Made by a program: the position numbers and the translations under genes. Shown piece by piece: positions 26,515 to 30,099 of a DNA stretch of 30,099 nt. The DNA comes from Planctomycetota bacterium. GTDB taxonomy: Bacteria > Planctomycetota > GCA-002687715 > DRQF01. The notes beneath the pieces are model-generated. The model made no database searches and had not been told where the DNA came from. It saw only the letters and a program-made list of their open reading frames with translations. The stretch spans positions 1-30,099 of the forward strand of contig JALTLO010000158.1 in the NCBI GenBank assembly GCA_027001995.1. Reading direction: 5' to 3'. How positions within the stretch are numbered: position 1 is the stretch's first letter; each line of letters starts with the position of its first letter.

Positions 26515-27765
26515 TTAGAGAGTCTGAATCAAATTTGGCAAGAGGAACCAAGAGCCAGCAACCAAAAGGCCAGCCAAGGCAATGCCGCTGATCAAGAGGG
26601 TGCCGATTTCAGTCAAAAGCAGTGCAGCAATCCTTCCCTTGGCGATGCCAATTTGTTTGAGAGTATCTGTTTCTCTTTGCCTCATGCGGGCAGTCAGGAC
26701 ACACACTAAGCCAATCAAAAAGGATGTTGAAATCGCCAAGAGAACACTCACGAGGTCAAGGAAGGCTTTCACCTGAAAGACTTTTGCCATCAGCTCATCA
26801 ACGACGGCGATCGGTTTGACCATTTGATACAGTTTGCCTGACTTGATCCGGGCTGCGGAAATGACACCAGCCTTTGTGTCATGGGGGAAGAAAAGGATCG
26901 ATGACAACGGCAAGAGATTGGAGTCGCCGTGATAGTGAAAACCGGAAGCGTTTTCCTTCGTGACTTCGTTGTACTCGATCATCGCTCCGCTTACGGTGAT
27001 GTTGTCGCCCTTTTTCGCCAGCAAGAGATCTTCGGAAATCTCCTGGGGAGGTTTGTGACCATGGGAGAGCCCTTCCAGAATCCACGCGGTTCCAGTTGCG
27101 ACGAAGGCAGCTTGGTCATCCGGGGAATTGGATGGCAGTAATGTTCCCACAACGTGCATCTTGAGGGCCGCAGGTTTCGAGATGTCGTAGAGTTCCTTTT
27201 GGTCTGAAAACAAGAAGTCTCCAGGTTTCAAGTCTAAGCCTGCGGCCATGTCCGCCCCTAAGACGACTTCACCTAAACGAAACGGGAAGCGCCCTTGGTC
27301 GCAAGTGAGCTTTCTTTTTTCGAAGTATTCTGGGGATGTGGCGCAGATGGGGTGTCCTTGGGCCTGAAAGCGCAAATTCATGGGGATGGCCACTCCTTTG
27401 TTCCAGCCCGAAATGCGTTCGAAGAGGGAGAAGGGGACCGTGTCGAAATCTGCCGAACGGAAATAGAGGGAAGCCAAAGTGAGGTCGATTTGGTTGCCCT
27501 TCGATCCCAGAATGAGGGGAGTTGTCCGGGCGCGAGCTTTCAGGTCGCTATCGTAGTGGTCGACCAGGATGGTTGTCAGAGTCGGGATGGCGATGCTGAT
27601 GGCAATGCAAAGGACGACGACAGAGGAACGAAAGGGTGTGTGGGAAATCTGCCGCCAGACCACTGACATGAGACCGAGGTTCTTGCATAACCAAAAGCCA
27701 AGCCCGAAGGAAAGAACCCCCAAGGCCGCAACGATCAGAGACATGGGGATTGCTCCAAAGATCAA
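26515..27765 (-). CDS. ABC transporter permease, MacB/FtsX-type
   Basis: N-terminal TM, periplasmic domain (TPLILGSKGNQIDLTLASLYF, GRFP..GEVVLG), C-terminal FtsX-like RQRETDTLKQIG plus TMs; HGH and FHYHG motifs. Start uncertain (27765 or later). Confidence 0.8.
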   Translation of the reverse strand: MIFGAIPMSLIVAALGVLSFGLGFWLCKNLGLMSVVWRQISHTPFRSSVVVLCIAISIAIPTLTTILVDHYDSDLKARARTTPLILGSKGNQIDLTLASLYFRSADFDTVPFSLFERISGWNKGVAIPMNLRFQAQGHPICATSPEYFEKRKLTCDQGRFPFRLGEVVLGADMAAGLDLKPGDFLFSDQKELYDISKPAALKMHVVGTLLPSNSPDDQAAFVATGTAWILEGLSHGHKPPQEISEDLLLAKKGDNITVSGAMIEYNEVTKENASGFHYHGDSNLLPLSSILFFPHDTKAGVISAARIKSGKLYQMVKPIAVVDELMAKVFQVKAFLDLVSVLLAISTSFLIGLVCVLTARMRQRETDTLKQIGIAKGRIAALLLTEIGTLLISGIALAGLLVAGSWFLLPNLIQTL

Positions 27766-29027
27766 CGATTTCCCTCGCTTGTTTGGCTGCCCACACGGAA
27801 TTGTTCAAGGACTTGTGATGAACTGATTCGCCAATCTCCGTTGGCCCATTTAACGGTCATTTCGGCCAGATGTTCATTGGTTCGCATATGTGTGTGACCC
27901 CAATGATAGACTCGACCCAAGACACGCCAGCGAGTTTCGACAGTGAAACTGTCCCCGTTTTCTCCTAATGGTTCTTTGATCTCGACTTGCACCGGTGTCA
28001 CTTTTTGGATTCTACTGACTGCACCGCCTTGGTCCTGCATGATCAGACTGCCGTAGATTTGATCATAGATCTCTGCCAGGAGTTGACCACTTACACTACG
28101 ACTTAGGGCATCGTAGATTTCTTCTTCTTCAGTGTAGTCGAATGCTCGATAAATGTTGGCATGGAGAATATTGAATACATCGATGGATTCTTTTTGAGAT
28201 AGAGGCGGTGGGGTGTTCTCGGCAATAGCGGTCTTCCTGTGTAAAAAGGAGGAGGCGCCCATAGCTGCGATCAAGAGCGTTGCTGCGATGGGTTTGACAG
28301 GGATTGTCGATTTTCGCAAGAATAGGATGAGCACGACAATGACCCAAGCGGCTATCGGCAGAAGCCAGAGATAGGATGATCCGACTTTTTTGTTTCTATC
28401 GATCTTGGGCGCCGCCAAGAATTGTGGTGCCAGGCCTTTGTCACTTCCGTGCCAGATGTATTCGGGCTCTTCTTCACGGAAGGGAATGATCTCCGTCTTT
28501 GTACCAGCGGTCCATTCAGCGTTGATCAGAATGGTTTCATCCACAAATTCGGCCAAGGCCAGATTCTGTGGGTACATGCCCCAGTGTAGAGCAACGCTCC
28601 TTGGGGAGGTCTTGAGGCTGTAGGAGAATGTGACACGAAACTTGATGACGGCCCGCATTCCCATTTGCGGGAAGAACTCGGCGTCTGATTCTTCATAAGG
28701 CAAGATTTGGCAGTCTTTTTGGCTTGGACTCACAGCAATGCCATCAATCTTGACGGCCACTTCCTTTTGGAATTTTGCCAGCAGAGCTTCGCGCAGAGGA
28801 GCCACCTCGTTTTTTTCCACACTCTCTTCAAACAGGCGAGTTTGGCCAATCACTTCGTCACAGAAAACCAGATTAACGATGGCTTGTATTTCGACCTTGG
28901 ACTCCTCGATTTTTACTCGCAGATCGACGTCTGGTCCATCTTGAGGGTGCCTTGCGTTTGTGACACCAGGATCCCAGGAGCTTTCTAAGGCCCCTAAGAT
29001 GAGGATGATGAGGTGAAACGTGCGCAT
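27762..29027 (-). CDS. exported/membrane hypothetical protein with C-terminal HWGHxHxRxN motif
   Basis: GGAG SD before ATG 29027; signal-like N-terminus; two central TMs; NIYRAFD..EEEIYDAL..SV.G and VYHWGHTHMRTN; stop adjoins the permease ORF. Confidence 0.7.
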   Translation of the reverse strand: MRTFHLIILILGALESSWDPGVTNARHPQDGPDVDLRVKIEESKVEIQAIVNLVFCDEVIGQTRLFEESVEKNEVAPLREALLAKFQKEVAVKIDGIAVSPSQKDCQILPYEESDAEFFPQMGMRAVIKFRVTFSYSLKTSPRSVALHWGMYPQNLALAEFVDETILINAEWTAGTKTEIIPFREEEPEYIWHGSDKGLAPQFLAAPKIDRNKKVGSSYLWLLPIAAWVIVVLILFLRKSTIPVKPIAATLLIAAMGASSFLHRKTAIAENTPPPLSQKESIDVFNILHANIYRAFDYTEEEEIYDALSRSVSGQLLAEIYDQIYGSLIMQDQGGAVSRIQKVTPVQVEIKEPLGENGDSFTVETRWRVLGRVYHWGHTHMRTNEHLAEMTVKWANGDWRISSSQVLEQFRVGSQTSEGNR

Positions 29028-29253
29028 GAGAATCTCCGTGTCTTTCCAATGAAAGCTAACTTGGGAGCCACTCAGCAACAAGTCAGGTTGATCTTGTTGA
29101 AAATGCCGTCGAACTTAGCTTGTTGTTTGGCAACTCGGGTGAACCCCAAGATTGCCGATTCATGATATATTTATTGTGCGGAAGATACATGCAACATAAA
29201 CGTAGAGCTCATGAAGCGCTTTAGACTAATTCAAATTCTTTGGAAACATACCA

Positions 29254-30099
29254 ATGATAACACTGCGAGGTAGAGTCATACTGGGGGTCGTCCTCATCAC
29301 ATCCTTGTTCTCTCAGCTTTCCTTTGGCCAAGAGATGGAGAAAGGAAACGAGCCGAAACAGCAAGAAACGGCTATTCCTGAGCCAACGGAGATGGATGTA
29401 AGGATCTTTCAAGATCATGTGACTTGGCTGGCAAGCCCATTTTTGAAGGGACGTTTGCCCGGAACGCCTGAGATGGAGATCGCCCGCAACTATTTAGAAT
29501 TCTGGTTTAAGAAGGTTGGGCTTCGTCCTGCTTGGGGGGGCGACAACAATGTTGCCATTGGACATGAGGCCACCAGCTATCGCCAGCCATTCAAATTCGG
29601 AGGCAAACGCGCTGTTCGAGAGGCATCAATGGCATCCAGTGAACTCAAGCGCAGTCTTTCTTCAGGTGTCGACTTCAAGGGGATGGCACAGGGTGCAAAG
29701 GGGGAGATTGAAGGGGAGGTCGTTTTCATTGGCTACGGCATGAGCAAGGGCAAGGATGGCTATGTTAGCTATACCGATGATGATGATCTCACTGATAAGA
29801 TCGTCATGTACTTTTACTTCGAACCCATGGATGACAAGGGTAAGAGTCTGTGGCGATCTGATGGTTGGTCCCGGGCATCCTCCTCATGGCGAAAATCTCT
29901 ATCGTTGCGCCGGAAGAAACCTGCTGGTGTCATCATGGTGATTCCTCCTGGTGTTGACGATAAACGCGGGGAGTTGTCGCTGATCAAGGACCGTTCTCGT
30001 CAAGGTTGGCCTTGTCCGGTTGTGGTGATGAGTGCCGCTGCTGCCAATGACTTGGTGAAAGCTCAAGACCCAGAAGGCCGTGATCTCATGGCACTGCGG
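29254..30099 (+). CDS. M28-family aminopeptidase with PA domain (partial; C-terminus off the window)
   Basis: Not in the ORF track. Manual translation MITLRGRVILGVVLITSLFSQLSFGQE...HVTWLASPFLKGRLPGT...ARNYL..WF..VGLRP..SYRQPF...GEVVFIGYG...SY..DDLTDKIV..FYFEP. Open to the edge; catalytic residues lie outside the window. Confidence 0.75.
   Translation, partial: MITLRGRVILGVVLITSLFSQLSFGQEMEKGNEPKQQETAIPEPTEMDVRIFQDHVTWLASPFLKGRLPGTPEMEIARNYLEFWFKKVGLRPAWGGDNNVAIGHEATSYRQPFKFGGKRAVREASMASSELKRSLSSGVDFKGMAQGAKGEIEGEVVFIGYGMSKGKDGYVSYTDDDDLTDKIVMYFYFEPMDDKGKSLWRSDGWSRASSSWRKSLSLRRKKPAGVIMVIPPGVDDKRGELSLIKDRSRQGWPCPVVVMSAAAANDLVKAQDPEGRDLMALR

Noticed and set aside
29100..29250. AT-rich divergent promoter region checked for a Zur/Fur box.
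   Set aside because: No convincing palindrome seen by eye.
29516..29941. Track ORFs 29516-29743 and 29756-29941.
   Set aside because: Out-of-frame overlaps of the M28 peptidase gene that runs off the window.
1..30099. CRISPR arrays, tRNA/rRNA, transposases, integrases and att-like repeats.
   Set aside because: None detected by eye, so horizontal origin of the lipid locus has no direct mobility evidence.

Overview
A gene-dense bacterial chromosomal window with no tRNA, rRNA, CRISPR array, integrase or IS element visible. Several secreted proteins suggest a Planctomycetota host (inference only). From left to right: a coupled HExxH metallopeptidase and Ddl-like ATP-grasp pair (ligase cut by the window edge), a SEC-C protein, ABC-F Uup, a REC-REC-GGEEF diguanylate cyclase, a secreted HEAT-repeat protein, a CBS protein with a sigma-54-type promoter, a tungstate ABC transporter (tupABC), a delta-9-type desaturase with a GT4 glycosyltransferase, and a MauG/BthA-type di-heme peroxidase. 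About 14.5-24.4 kb holds an ELM1-family gene, a sulfotransferase, aspA, a MobA-like NTP transferase, a Tam41-like protein, a DAG/ceramide kinase, lptG, lptF and a divergent lptB. This block resembles the head-group and export half of the Caulobacter anionic sphingolipid locus, with added sulfotransferase and ELM1 genes. The right end has a degenerate C39-like lipoprotein with a small partner, a ~300-nt hairpin-dense candidate ncRNA or leader containing a strong SD and an 11-codon ORF, a MacB/FtsX-type permease with a His-motif partner, and a partial M28 peptidase. All family calls come from motif recognition by eye; no database searches were run.
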